The notes below the pieces were generated by a model, which was not told where the DNA came from, searched no databases, and was given only the letters and a program-made list of their open reading frames with translations. Shown in pieces: positions 47,326 through 56,833 of a stretch of 64,000 nt of DNA (positions within the stretch are counted from its first letter, which is position 1; each line of letters begins with the position of its first letter). The stretch spans positions 364,699 through 428,698 of the forward strand of contig JAVCBU010000006.1 of the NCBI GenBank assembly GCA_037917685.1. The letters are read 5' to 3'. The DNA comes from Thermoproteota archaeon. Its GTDB lineage: Archaea; Korarchaeota; Korarchaeia; Korarchaeales; JAOZGB01. The position numbers and the translations under genes were made by a program.

Positions 47326-47626
47326 GACCGATCAACCTAAGGAAATCCCTAAAACCCACCGGAGGATAAACACACAGCGAAACATCATCAACAAACCACC
47401 CAGGAAGCCCATACCTCCTTATCTCCCTCCTAAACACCCACCTAGCCCTCCAAGCAGCAAACCTCAGCCGAATGTACAACCATAGAAGCCCCGTAGCCAA
47501 CCTAACAGACAGCCAAAGCCCAACAACGAAGGCCCACAGGAGAACCAGAGCATCCCTAATCCTCGCCAGCCTCCCTCTCCTCTTCCCCGATATCCCAACG
47601 CCTAGACCAAGCCTTCCTAGACTCAA
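47285..47626 (-). CDS. Small basic membrane protein, unknown function
   Basis: Hydrophobic hairpin followed by FRREIRRYGLP; overlaps both neighbours; start uncertain. Confidence 0.6.
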   Translation of the reverse strand: MSLGRLGLGVGISGKRRGRLARIRDALVLLWAFVVGLWLSVRLATGLLWLYIRLRFAAWRARWVFRREIRRYGLPGWFVDDVSLCVYPPVGFRDFLRLIGLGRRGFGFKAEED

Positions 47627-47939
47627 AACCCTTCATACTAACAATCTCCTCCAGCACACTCTGAAATATCGTCCTAACATCAATGACCTGCGACTTAGCA
47701 ATCTCCAATGCCTCCTCCTCAGGAATCCCAGCCTGCACAAGCTCCTTGTAGCTCTCACCTATAGCCCTAGCTCTCTCACGAGCAGCCTCAGGAGACAAGA
47801 AAACATTGAGAAATTCAAGCAACGGCTGAAAAACCTCTCTCATCAGCCCAGGAACCTCCCTCCTGATAACCTCCATAAACTCCTTAAACTCCTCGATATC
47901 CTCCCTCCTTTTTCTAGCTTTCAGAACATCCTCACCCAT
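47556..47939 (-). CDS. Helical protein of unknown function
   Basis: 127 aa; EVPGLMRE..FLSPEAARERARAIGESYKELVQAGIPEEEALEIA. Confidence 0.72.
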   Translation of the reverse strand: MGEDVLKARKRREDIEEFKEFMEVIRREVPGLMREVFQPLLEFLNVFLSPEAARERARAIGESYKELVQAGIPEEEALEIAKSQVIDVRTIFQSVLEEIVSMKGFESRKAWSRRWDIGEEEREAGED

Positions 47940-48126
47940 AACACATCACTAGCAACACAATCGCCCACTACATAAAAATAAAATGCAAAAAACAGCTCAA
48001 AAAATGAACAACCCAGCCCCCAAGAAAACTACCACCCAACAACACTACAAAACCCTCAACCCATTCGTACAGAAACCCCTAACCCCCAACCTTCGTACCT
48101 ACATTAAATATAACATATACTTACTA

Positions 48127-49602
48127 CTATCTTCTTCTAAGCCTCGGGTTTACGATTTCATCGATGGCATACCCTATCAACACGAACGACAGAGAAAGCA
48201 ACGAGATGCAGATTCCAGGCGGTAAAACCCACCACCAGTCCTTGTAAGCCCCCCAATACTGCACATCATGGAGCATCATCCCCCAGGTCATCGTATTTGG
48301 GTCCCCGAGCCCTAACCAGCTTAGTGCTGCCTCTACTGTGATTATTGTGGGTACTGTGAGGGCGAGATTTACGTAGACAAGTGACAAGACGTTTGGTAGG
48401 AGGTGTCTGATAATTATGTGCCCTGCTCCCGCGCCTGCGGCTCTCGCCGCTTCTACGAATGCTCTTTCTTTGAGGCTTAGGACCTGTGATCTTATTATTC
48501 TTGAGAAGGACATCCAGCCGAGGAGTCCGAGGAGTATTACGAGGTTCCATATGGATGATCCTAGTACTGCTATTAGGACTAGGACTAGGGGTAGGAAGGG
48601 TATGACTAGGAGCATGTCTGCGAATCTCATTAGGATTTCGTCTACCATTCCTCCGAGGTATCCTGATACTAGGCCTACTATTAGCCCTATTACTACTCCT
48701 ACGAATGCTGCCATTAGTCCTACGAATAGGGATATTCTGCTTCCCCATATTAGCTGTGAGAATATGTCTCTTCCGAAGTGGTCTGTGCCTAGTAGTCCGA
48801 AGGCTGTTCCGTATAGTTTTATGTCGTAGTCGTCGATGTACAGGTTGAAGTTGTTGTAGTCTTCTGGGTATAGTTGTGCTTCTATTCCTATCTTGTACTT
48901 GCCGGGGTTGTTGAATATTACTTGCGATGGGTCTATTAGGACGTCTTTGAATACTTTGATCTTCATCTGGCTTGACCACGAGTCTGCGTGTTTGAATTCA
49001 GCCCATTCTTTTCGTGGGGTTATTCCTTCCTCCCAGATGTAGAATTTTTCTCCATCATTGAGTCTTTCTATGAAGACTTTGACGGTTATTCTTCCGCCTT
49101 CCGCCTTGAGCTTTGCAGCTAGGTATATCTTGAATCTTGCGGGGTATCCCGAGTATGGGTAGTCTATCTCCTTGTACACTGTAACTGTTGGTTTTTCATT
49201 ACTTGTTCCTATTTTTGTGAATTTTATGATCATGCATCCCGGGATTGTTTCGTTTCCGTAGCCCTTTTCCTTGGCCCATTCTACGAGTGTCTCCCATCCT
49301 GGGGTGGAGGTTTCTACCGTCCATTCCCTTGTGGATTCGGGGTTGCAGAAGTCTGGATCTTCTACTGGGAAGATGTTTAGGCTGTAGTTTGCCCCGGATA
49401 GTTTGACAAGCCATACTGGTTTCGCCCTTGTCCCGGCAAGTGTTTTGTCTTTTAGTGGGTCGTATGGGGCTATGTAGGGGGCTAGAATTGCTATTAGTAT
49501 GAATACGATTAGTATTCCGAGACCTATTATTCCTTTTCTGCTTCTCCGGTATATTGACCAGAAGTTTTTGGCTCTTTTCATCATGATTTCGTATTTTATC
49601 AT
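48127..49602 (-). CDS. dppC: Oligopeptide ABC permease DppC/OppC with large extracellular insert
   Basis: LAPYIAPYDP, LLGTDHFGRDIFSQLIWGSRISL, FVEAARAAGA, NPRLR; ATG 49602 with GAGGTGA SD. Confidence 0.93.
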   Translation of the reverse strand: MIKYEIMMKRAKNFWSIYRRSRKGIIGLGILIVFILIAILAPYIAPYDPLKDKTLAGTRAKPVWLVKLSGANYSLNIFPVEDPDFCNPESTREWTVETSTPGWETLVEWAKEKGYGNETIPGCMIIKFTKIGTSNEKPTVTVYKEIDYPYSGYPARFKIYLAAKLKAEGGRITVKVFIERLNDGEKFYIWEEGITPRKEWAEFKHADSWSSQMKIKVFKDVLIDPSQVIFNNPGKYKIGIEAQLYPEDYNNFNLYIDDYDIKLYGTAFGLLGTDHFGRDIFSQLIWGSRISLFVGLMAAFVGVVIGLIVGLVSGYLGGMVDEILMRFADMLLVIPFLPLVLVLIAVLGSSIWNLVILLGLLGWMSFSRIIRSQVLSLKERAFVEAARAAGAGAGHIIIRHLLPNVLSLVYVNLALTVPTIITVEAALSWLGLGDPNTMTWGMMLHDVQYWGAYKDWWWVLPPGICISLLSLSFVLIGYAIDEIVNPRLRRR

Positions 49603-49616
49603 TTCCTTCACCTCTT

Positions 49617-50609
49617 CTACTCGTATTTTACTCTTGGGTCTATTACGCCATAGAGTAGGTCTGCTATGAAGTTTGCTATTATTACTGCGAGGCATGAGAT
49701 GTAGAAAGTTGCCATTAGGACTGGGTAGTCTCTGAATGTTATTCCCTGGTAGATGTAGGTTCCTATGCCTCTCCATGAGAATACTGTTTCGGTTAGGATT
49801 GCTCCTTGGAGTATGAACGCAAATGATAGCGTCGCATTTGTTACGAGTGGAAGCATGGCGTTTCTAAGGGAGTGTTTGAAAAGTACCACTTTCTCTGATA
49901 GTCCTTTCGCTCTCGCTGTTACTATGTAGTCTTCTGTTAGAGTTTCGAGTACGGTGCTTCTTACGAGAAGGACGTAGCCGCCTAGGGTTACTAGGAAGAG
50001 GGTTACCCCTGGTAGGACCATATGCCATAGTAGGTCTAAGATTTTTGCCAGGGGCTCTGTGGGGGCTGGCCTGCTCATTGTTCCTGCTAGTGGGAAGTAT
50101 ATTTTGCCCCCTGTCCATTCCCTAAGCCAGTAGCCGAAGATCATTAGGAATACCATTCCGATCCAGAATGTCGGGAGGGCATAGGCGAATAGGGATGATA
50201 TCGTGGCCGTTAGGTCGCTTATTTCTCCTCTTCTTGAGGCTGCTCTTACGCCTAGGATGACTCCGATTAGGATGGCGAAGAGGGTTGATACTCCTAGGAG
50301 GAGTAGGGTGTTCGGGAGTCTTTCAAGGATCTCGTCTTTTACGGAGTTTCTCGTGTAGAAGGAGTAACCGAAGTTCCATGTAAGCATGTTAACCATGTAG
50401 CGCTTGTACCTGACCCACATGCTTTCACGGAGCCCGAACTGTTCGATTAGGACTTCAACTTGTTCGGGCTTAAGCCTGTATGTGGACGCTAGGATTGAAA
50501 CGGGGTCTGCAGGCATGGCCATGAAGATTATGAAGTTAAGTGTCATGGCGAAGAATAGCAGTATTACCATGTAGATTGTTCTACGGAGTATATATGTTTT
50601 CAAGCCCAT
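49617..50609 (-). CDS. dppB: Oligopeptide ABC permease DppB/OppB
   Basis: YILRR, MPADP, RLPNTLLL, EDYIVTARAKGL, RDYPVL, IDPRVK. Confidence 0.95.
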   Translation of the reverse strand: MGLKTYILRRTIYMVILLFFAMTLNFIIFMAMPADPVSILASTYRLKPEQVEVLIEQFGLRESMWVRYKRYMVNMLTWNFGYSFYTRNSVKDEILERLPNTLLLLGVSTLFAILIGVILGVRAASRRGEISDLTATISSLFAYALPTFWIGMVFLMIFGYWLREWTGGKIYFPLAGTMSRPAPTEPLAKILDLLWHMVLPGVTLFLVTLGGYVLLVRSTVLETLTEDYIVTARAKGLSEKVVLFKHSLRNAMLPLVTNATLSFAFILQGAILTETVFSWRGIGTYIYQGITFRDYPVLMATFYISCLAVIIANFIADLLYGVIDPRVKYE

Positions 50610-50863
50610 CTTTTCATCAAGGGTTAAATGGTGATCCAAGAGGATATAAAGGTTAGTCTTAACTGTTTCGATGTATACCCTGAAATCGAGCCTTTATACT
50701 TCTCCGCTGGCTCATCTTTTCAGTTTTAATAGTTCTATAGGGGTTTCTGCGGTTTAAAACTTTTAATAGCCTGTGAGAATTAGTTTTCTGATACTGGGTT
50801 AATGGTTTAAGATGGTTTGAAAGTTTAGGGGGTTCAGGTTAATAAAAAAGGGGTGGGTTAGGC

Positions 50864-52927
50864 TTACTCCTTCTTCTTACGTGTTAGTACGAAGCCTACG
50901 CCGACGACTACTATGATCAGTACTACTACGCCTAGTGCTAGTGCCATTGGGAACTTCTTGGCGACAGTCATGGCTCCTGTTGTCTCTGCGCTGTAGGTTC
51001 CGGTTGGGTTGGTGTACGTGGCTGTAACTCTTACTGTGTAGTCTCCCGGCTCAGATGGCGCTGTTACTGTTCCCTCGTATGTCCCGCCTGACGTATGGGT
51101 TAGGGTTGCTGTTGAGACTACTGCGCCGTCCTTCAGTATCTCAGCTTTAACTGTGGCGTTTGTCACGGCTGCGCCTGTGTAATCCTTAACCGTTACTGAT
51201 ACTGTTCCGGTCTCTCCAGCCTTTAGTGTGCCTGGTGTTGTTAAGGCTTCAAGTGTTATGCTCTTTCCTGGGTGTCTCCTGAAGTAGTTTCCGTTGGCCT
51301 CGAGCAGCACGTATTCTCCTGGGACGTGTTCTACGAACTTGAACGGCCCTGTACCTATAAGCTCGCCTGTCTCGTCAGGCTTTAGGTCCATCCAGTCGTC
51401 CCAGTGCTTCTCCCAGATATGCTTCGGCAGTACTGGGTAGTTTACGTATGCTAGGGCTAGGTAGCTCTGGGTGTTCAGGTAGAATATTACTGTGTAGTCG
51501 TCTGGCGTTTCTATCTTCTCGACCAGCGAGGTGTACGGCATCCATCTTGAAACGTTTGAGTGGGTTAGTAGCTCAACTGTGAACTTCACATCCGCTGACG
51601 TCATCTTGACGCCGTCGTGGAATGTCACGTTCTTGCATAAGTGGAATGTTATCTTTAGGCCTGGCTCGCCATCTGGCGTGGTCCACTTCTCAACAGTCCA
51701 TGATTCTGCTAGCCATGGCCACCATTCAGCTGGGTTATATGGGTTTCTCCTTATGATGTAGTCATATATCCTGTCTAGGACGTACCAGTCCCATACCCAT
51801 TCAGCCTTTATCGGATTCAGTGATTCTACGTCGCTCTTGAATCCCCATCTAAGTGTTCCCCCGAACTCCTGGCCCTCTGGATGTGTCTGGAGGAATGTGA
51901 AGTGCTCGTGTGGCCCGTAGCCTACGTGGTTTACGATGTTAACCCAGTTCTTCCTCGCAGCTACGACGTTTATGAAGTTGTATAGTGGTATTGTGGCTAC
52001 CTGCTCTGCGAATACTTCCTGGGCCTTGTGGGCGGCCTCTAATACTTCCTCCTTTGTTGATCCATACTTAACCTTCTCAGCCCACATGTCGAAGGTATCG
52101 TTGTGGAATCCTGGATAGTTGTAGCTCCACGGCTCTGGGGCTACGTCCTGGCTTGAGTGGTATAGGTCGTACAGGTGGTCTGGGTCTGGACCCAGTAGCC
52201 AGCCTCCCGTGTATAGGTGGTACTCATAGTTTATCATAACCTGCTCATAGCAGACTGTCCTTTCAACTACTCTTGCGTCTACGGGTACTCCTAGTTTTTC
52301 AAGCTCCTCGGCAAGCCACTCTCCAGCGGTTCTCCTATATGGGTCGTCTGCTCTTATGTAGAATATTATCGGGTCCATGTTCTTGCCGGTTCTCGGGTCG
52401 TTTCTTATCCCGTCTCCGTCTGTGTCTACTATGCCTGCTAGTTCAAGCTCCTGGGCAGCCTTCTCGGGGTCGTACTCGTAGACCATTATGTCTGGGTTGT
52501 ACCATTCTCCCATTGAGGATGGTACGGGTGAGTCTATTCTTACCGCGTATCCTTTTATAACCTCGCTTATGAGCCTGTCCTTATCTACTAGGTGGGCGCA
52601 GGCCCTCCTGAAGTGTAGGTCGCTTGTAGGCCAAACCCTGTGGTTTATGTCTATTTGAAACATACCGAATTCTTCATATACGAACAGTTGTATGTTTGGA
52701 TCCTGTTTAAATTCTTCTATCTTCTCGGCTGGTAGCGACCAGTCCATAAGGTCTATTTCCCCAGCTTTAAGGGCTAGAGCTTCAGCCTCGGGATTCTCAT
52801 ATATCTTTATGAGAAGTCTGTCTATCCTTGGGCCGACCTTCTCGACTTTCGGCTGCTGCTGGGATAGTATGGGTGTTGTTGCAACCATCAAAAGCAAGAG
52901 AAATGCCGCGAATAGTTCTCTCTTCAT
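50864..52927 (-). CDS. dppA: Oligopeptide ABC substrate-binding protein (family 5) with C-terminal Ig-like domain and TM anchor
   Basis: Signal peptide, SDLHFRRA, PWLAESW, TFHDGVKMTSADVKFT, IGTGPFK; TM + RKKKE tail; GAGGAGGTGA SD. Confidence 0.92.
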   Translation of the reverse strand: MKRELFAAFLLLLMVATTPILSQQQPKVEKVGPRIDRLLIKIYENPEAEALALKAGEIDLMDWSLPAEKIEEFKQDPNIQLFVYEEFGMFQIDINHRVWPTSDLHFRRACAHLVDKDRLISEVIKGYAVRIDSPVPSSMGEWYNPDIMVYEYDPEKAAQELELAGIVDTDGDGIRNDPRTGKNMDPIIFYIRADDPYRRTAGEWLAEELEKLGVPVDARVVERTVCYEQVMINYEYHLYTGGWLLGPDPDHLYDLYHSSQDVAPEPWSYNYPGFHNDTFDMWAEKVKYGSTKEEVLEAAHKAQEVFAEQVATIPLYNFINVVAARKNWVNIVNHVGYGPHEHFTFLQTHPEGQEFGGTLRWGFKSDVESLNPIKAEWVWDWYVLDRIYDYIIRRNPYNPAEWWPWLAESWTVEKWTTPDGEPGLKITFHLCKNVTFHDGVKMTSADVKFTVELLTHSNVSRWMPYTSLVEKIETPDDYTVIFYLNTQSYLALAYVNYPVLPKHIWEKHWDDWMDLKPDETGELIGTGPFKFVEHVPGEYVLLEANGNYFRRHPGKSITLEALTTPGTLKAGETGTVSVTVKDYTGAAVTNATVKAEILKDGAVVSTATLTHTSGGTYEGTVTAPSEPGDYTVRVTATYTNPTGTYSAETTGAMTVAKKFPMALALGVVVLIIVVVGVGFVLTRKKKE

Positions 52928-53173
52928 ATTTGTTTCACCTCCTCAATTTACTCGATTTTTGCTTATTATAAATTTTAGCATTGTCGTTTTCAGGAACGTT
53001 TCAACAAACGCGATTTGATTCTTAGATTAAAAGTTGTGCCTTTATATATTACATGTTTGAGAGATACTTTGGAACACGTATTTCTAAAAATTATACATGT
53101 GATTAAAACACGTTGGTATCTGGGGCTTGCGAGCCTATACTCTATATTAGAGGCAAAAGAAAATTTGTCAATG

Positions 53174-54163
53174 TTACGCGTAGAGGAAGCATGCTACGTA
53201 ATGGCCCTTCTCAACCTCTACGGGCTCAGGGTCTTTCTTTCCACATGTCTCCATTGCGTAGGGGCATCTCTTCCTAAACCTGCATCCGGGAGGCGGGTTT
53301 ACAGGGCTTGGCACTTCTCCACCTATTACGACTTTCGTCCTTTCAGCTGTCGGGTCTGGCACTGGGACTGCTGCTATCAAAGCCTTAGTGTATGGGTGCT
53401 GTGGGTTGTCAACAAGCTGGTCCATTGTTCCAAGCTCGGCCATCTTGCCTAGATACATTATCATGCCTCTGTCAGCGATGTTTCTGGCGATTGCAAGGTC
53501 GTGGGTGATGAAGAGGTATGTTATGTTATACTTCTCCCTAAGGTCAAGCATGAGCCGTAGTATCCCGGATCGAATGGATACGTCGAGCATTGATACAGGT
53601 TCATCCGCCACGAGGAATATTGGGTTTAGGACTATCGCCCTTGCAATCGCAACCCTCTGCCGTTGTCCCCCGCTAAGTTCGTGTGGATAACGATACATGA
53701 AGTCCTCGGCTGGCCTAAGCTCAACCTTTTCAAGCGTACCTCTAACTATTTCCTCCTCCTCTTTGGGGTCTTCTGTGATCTTGTGAACTTTCAGGGGCTC
53801 TGATACAATATCGTATATGTTCATCCTCGGATTCAAGGATTCATATGGGTCTTGGTATATTATCTGCATCTTCTTCCGTATCTCTTTAAGCTCCTTCTGG
53901 TTCAGCGCTGTAAGCTCGACACCATTAAATAGTATTTTCCCAGCTGTTGGCTCGTATAGACGGATCACAGTTTTACCTAGGGTTGTCTTCCCACACCCGG
54001 ACTCTCCTATCAGGCCAAATATCTCCTTCCTCCTGACCTCAAATGAGACACCGTCTACTGCTTTAATGTAGAGTTCCTCCTTTGAAAGTAGGCTTGCTAG
54101 AAAGCCTCTCCTAATGGGGTACCACTTTCTCAGGTTTTCAACTTGCAGGATGTACTCATCCAT
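53174..54163 (-). CDS. dppF: Oligopeptide ABC ATPase DppF/OppF
   Basis: GESGCGKTT, YPHELSGGQRQR, DEPVSMLD, HPYT, GCRF..RC..C..VAC. Confidence 0.96.
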   Translation of the reverse strand: MDEYILQVENLRKWYPIRRGFLASLLSKEELYIKAVDGVSFEVRRKEIFGLIGESGCGKTTLGKTVIRLYEPTAGKILFNGVELTALNQKELKEIRKKMQIIYQDPYESLNPRMNIYDIVSEPLKVHKITEDPKEEEEIVRGTLEKVELRPAEDFMYRYPHELSGGQRQRVAIARAIVLNPIFLVADEPVSMLDVSIRSGILRLMLDLREKYNITYLFITHDLAIARNIADRGMIMYLGKMAELGTMDQLVDNPQHPYTKALIAAVPVPDPTAERTKVVIGGEVPSPVNPPPGCRFRKRCPYAMETCGKKDPEPVEVEKGHYVACFLYA

Positions 54164-54174
54164 CTCGTCCACCT

Positions 54175-55122
54175 TTAGTATAGATGACATGCTACCCTAT
54201 GGTCCTCAATAATCTTCATTTCAGGCTCCTCCTTTCTACAAATCTCCATTGCATACTTGCATCTTGGGTGGAATCTGCATCCCTTCGGTGGGTTAAGCAG
54301 GTCGGGCGGGTAGCCTGGTATGGATATAAGCTCTTTCTTCTCCTTAACGCTTGGAAACGCCCCTATAAGCCCCTGGGTGTATGGGTGCATGGGTTTCTTG
54401 AATATGGTAACGGCGTCTCCTATTTCTACGAGCTTTCCAGCGTACATGATTGCTACCTTATTGCATACTTCAGCTATAACGGAGAGGTCGTGGGTTATAA
54501 CTATGAATGAAAGGTTCAGCTCGTCTTTAAGCTTGGCCATCAGCTTAAGCACCTGAGCCTGCACTATAACATCCAGCGCGGTTGTAGGCTCGTCTGAGAT
54601 GACAAGGTCTGGCCTGCATGCAAGGGCCATAGCTATCATTGCACGCTGCCTCATCCCGCCGGAAAGCTCGAACGGGTATCTGTTTATCATAGACTTCTCT
54701 ATACCTATCATTTCGAAAAGCTCGGCAGCCCGTTCTAGAGCCTCCTCTTTGCTAACATCTTCATGTAGCATTATGGCTTCGGCAATCTGGTCTCCAACTT
54801 TGAAGACAGGGTTCAATGCGTTCATCGCACCCTGGAATATTAGTGATATCCTCTTCCACCTGACCTTTCTACGCATCTCCTCCTCGCTAAGCTTCACCAA
54901 ATCCATTCCATCAAACAGTATCCTCCCGTTAACTATTCTTCCGGGCTCAGGTAGCAGTTTCAATATTGCCAGTGCGGTTGTAGTTTTTCCGCATCCAGAC
55001 TCTCCAGCCAGCCCGAGGACGTCTCCTCTTTCCAAGCTGAAGGTGACATCGTCAACAGCTTTAACTGGACCCTTCATCGTGAAGAAGTAGGCCTTAAGGT
55101 TTTCCACACTTAGCAGAGGCAA
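54175..55122 (-). CDS. dppD: Oligopeptide ABC ATPase DppD/OppD
   Basis: GESGCGKTT, FQGAMNALNP, LSGGMRQR, DEPTTALD, GCRFHPRC, VACH. Confidence 0.96.
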   Translation of the reverse strand: MPLLSVENLKAYFFTMKGPVKAVDDVTFSLERGDVLGLAGESGCGKTTTALAILKLLPEPGRIVNGRILFDGMDLVKLSEEEMRRKVRWKRISLIFQGAMNALNPVFKVGDQIAEAIMLHEDVSKEEALERAAELFEMIGIEKSMINRYPFELSGGMRQRAMIAMALACRPDLVISDEPTTALDVIVQAQVLKLMAKLKDELNLSFIVITHDLSVIAEVCNKVAIMYAGKLVEIGDAVTIFKKPMHPYTQGLIGAFPSVKEKKELISIPGYPPDLLNPPKGCRFHPRCKYAMEICRKEEPEMKIIEDHRVACHLY

Positions 55123-55167
55123 CTCTCTATCAAACCTTTAAACTTAGACTACAATATTAAAATCTTA

Positions 55168-56004
55168 ATGGCAAAGCCGAACCGCATGAAGGTGTCTCTA
55201 CTATTCGACTATATGGCGCCGGTAATCACAACGCTTGCCGCTTCGTCTCTGTTTGCAATTCTGTTGACACCTGAAAATCCAAGCCTTAAGATCAGGGAAC
55301 CCCCTCTTGCTCAAAGCCTCCTCACGTCAATCGTATTCTCAACTATTGGCTTCATGTTAACACTTGGTATTTGGTGGCTTAACACCAGGGGGCTTAACCT
55401 TGAAGCTAAAATCATAATGGTGTCAATCACAACCCCTATACTAGGGCTAGCCTTTCTCTTGGTTTCGCAGGCTGTAATCACTGCGGTCTGGAGACGCCTA
55501 ACAGACCAGCTAGCAGCCATACTAATACTTGTCACAATATACACAACACTGTTTCTAGAGCTGCTCCTACTAGCAGACTTGCCTGGGAGAAGGCTGAAAA
55601 ACATAATCTTACTAGCCTATGGCTCAATATTCTCCGCCGCATTTGGAATAAGACTGCCCCTAGTGACGGTTGTAACCATATGCGTACTGCTGTCAGTCTT
55701 CGACGTACTCTTCATCAAGCTCTACGGCGGGGCTATAATCTCCAAGCCGGAGCATAAAATGCCTCAGATATCCTATTCAGGGGGCTGGGTTGAATTTGGG
55801 ATAGGGGAGATCCTATTCTATTCTCTTCCATCCTCAGCATGCTTATACAAGGTTGGCCTTTCCTACGGGTTTCTATCGGTACTTCTAATAATAGTTGGAA
55901 CTGGAATCAACATCCTTCTACTCTCGAGGAGAATGGTCATTCCAGGCCTAAGCATACCCCTCACACTAGGATGTATCCCTCTAATAGCCTCTCTCATGCT
56001 TTAA
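55168..56004 (+). CDS. Presenilin/signal-peptide-peptidase (A22)-like membrane protein with variant active site
   Basis: About 9 hydrophobic segments; SVFDVL (YD-type), FGIGEI (GxGD-type), IPGL (PAL-type) in the correct order. Confidence 0.7.
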   Translation: MAKPNRMKVSLLFDYMAPVITTLAASSLFAILLTPENPSLKIREPPLAQSLLTSIVFSTIGFMLTLGIWWLNTRGLNLEAKIIMVSITTPILGLAFLLVSQAVITAVWRRLTDQLAAILILVTIYTTLFLELLLLADLPGRRLKNIILLAYGSIFSAAFGIRLPLVTVVTICVLLSVFDVLFIKLYGGAIISKPEHKMPQISYSGGWVEFGIGEILFYSLPSSACLYKVGLSYGFLSVLLIIVGTGINILLLSRRMVIPGLSIPLTLGCIPLIASLML

Positions 56005-56472
56005 CGAAGATTCAAAGCTGGTCCAAACCGGAAACTCACCCATGGGTGTCTCAAGCCTGATTTTCATCTCAAACTCAACCTCGTCTGCTGTGCGTAGCTT
56101 CTCAGCAGAGTTGCCGTGTACGACGAAAGATAAAGGTATAACTGTCTCGCCGTAAGGTTGAACCTGTACGTTGAATATCTCCTCGAAAACTCCTACGTAT
56201 CCTCGGCTTCCGTTGGAAACGGCTGAAACCCTGAAGTTTAAGCTCCTAACGTAGAGGTCTGAGTAGCCGACGGGGTTGCTGACTACAAACTCGAATGACA
56301 TTTTAACGCTTCCATCACCTGCTTCCCTGACACTTAGGCTGCTAATCGTGAAGTTAACATTCGATACTGTTATGAAAACCATGTTATATATCCTGGTCTC
56401 CAAGGCAACTATCAGTAGACACGCCACTATTGAAAAGACAAGGGCAAGATTTTTATTCTCCAAGCATACCAC
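55981..56472 (-). CDS. Membrane-anchored LEA_2/WHy-like beta-sandwich protein
   Basis: N-terminal TM then FVVSNP..LYVRSLNFRV..VQPYGETVIPLSF. Confidence 0.6.
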   Translation of the reverse strand: MVCLENKNLALVFSIVACLLIVALETRIYNMVFITVSNVNFTISSLSVREAGDGSVKMSFEFVVSNPVGYSDLYVRSLNFRVSAVSNGSRGYVGVFEEIFNVQVQPYGETVIPLSFVVHGNSAEKLRTADEVEFEMKIRLETPMGEFPVWTSFESSLKHERGY

Positions 56473-56833
56473 CGATCACAACTCCAAACACGCTTATGGC
56501 TAGGTAAATGAAATTTACAAGGTTAAGGACCTTCGCAATGGCCCAGCTTGGCAGAGTAAGCCTCAGAATAATAGCCTGTTCGGGCACAACGGCCAGAGGT
56601 GTGAGGAGTAGCATGTAAAGTACTATTCCTGAGGATAGTGCTGCGGCGAACCATACCTTTACAACACTGTTTAAGCTCCCGTAGGAGTATCCAGCTATGA
56701 AGCTGGAAGCTAGCAGTATTAGTAGATGAGCAAATCTTGGTAAAATAGGATAGAGGTTAGCCATAAGGCACTGGACAATTCCGAGGGTGAGAGTAGCCCA
56801 ACAGGCTACTTGGACAAGTGAAATCTTATTCAT
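56453..56833 (-). CDS. Hypothetical 4-TM membrane protein
   Basis: 126 aa, four hydrophobic segments; overlaps the next gene; TATA-like box upstream. Confidence 0.65.
   Translation of the reverse strand: MNKISLVQVACWATLTLGIVQCLMANLYPILPRFAHLLILLASSFIAGYSYGSLNSVVKVWFAAALSSGIVLYMLLLTPLAVVPEQAIILRLTLPSWAIAKVLNLVNFIYLAISVFGVVIGGMLGE

Noticed and set aside
47940-48126. CRISPR array, telomere-like repeats or ORB boxes in the A/C-rich spacer
   Set aside because: No regular repeat-spacer period, and no TTCCA-x-TGGAA with G-string; only two TTCGTAC copies
47083-48979. ORFs 47083-47304+, 47472-47975+, 47983-48225+ and 48266-48979-
   Set aside because: By-products of the extreme skew (T-poor strands have few stop codons); low-complexity P/N/T/R translations overlapping real genes
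53015-53452. 145-aa plus-strand ORF
   Set aside because: Spans the dppA promoter region and the antisense of dppF; no motifs
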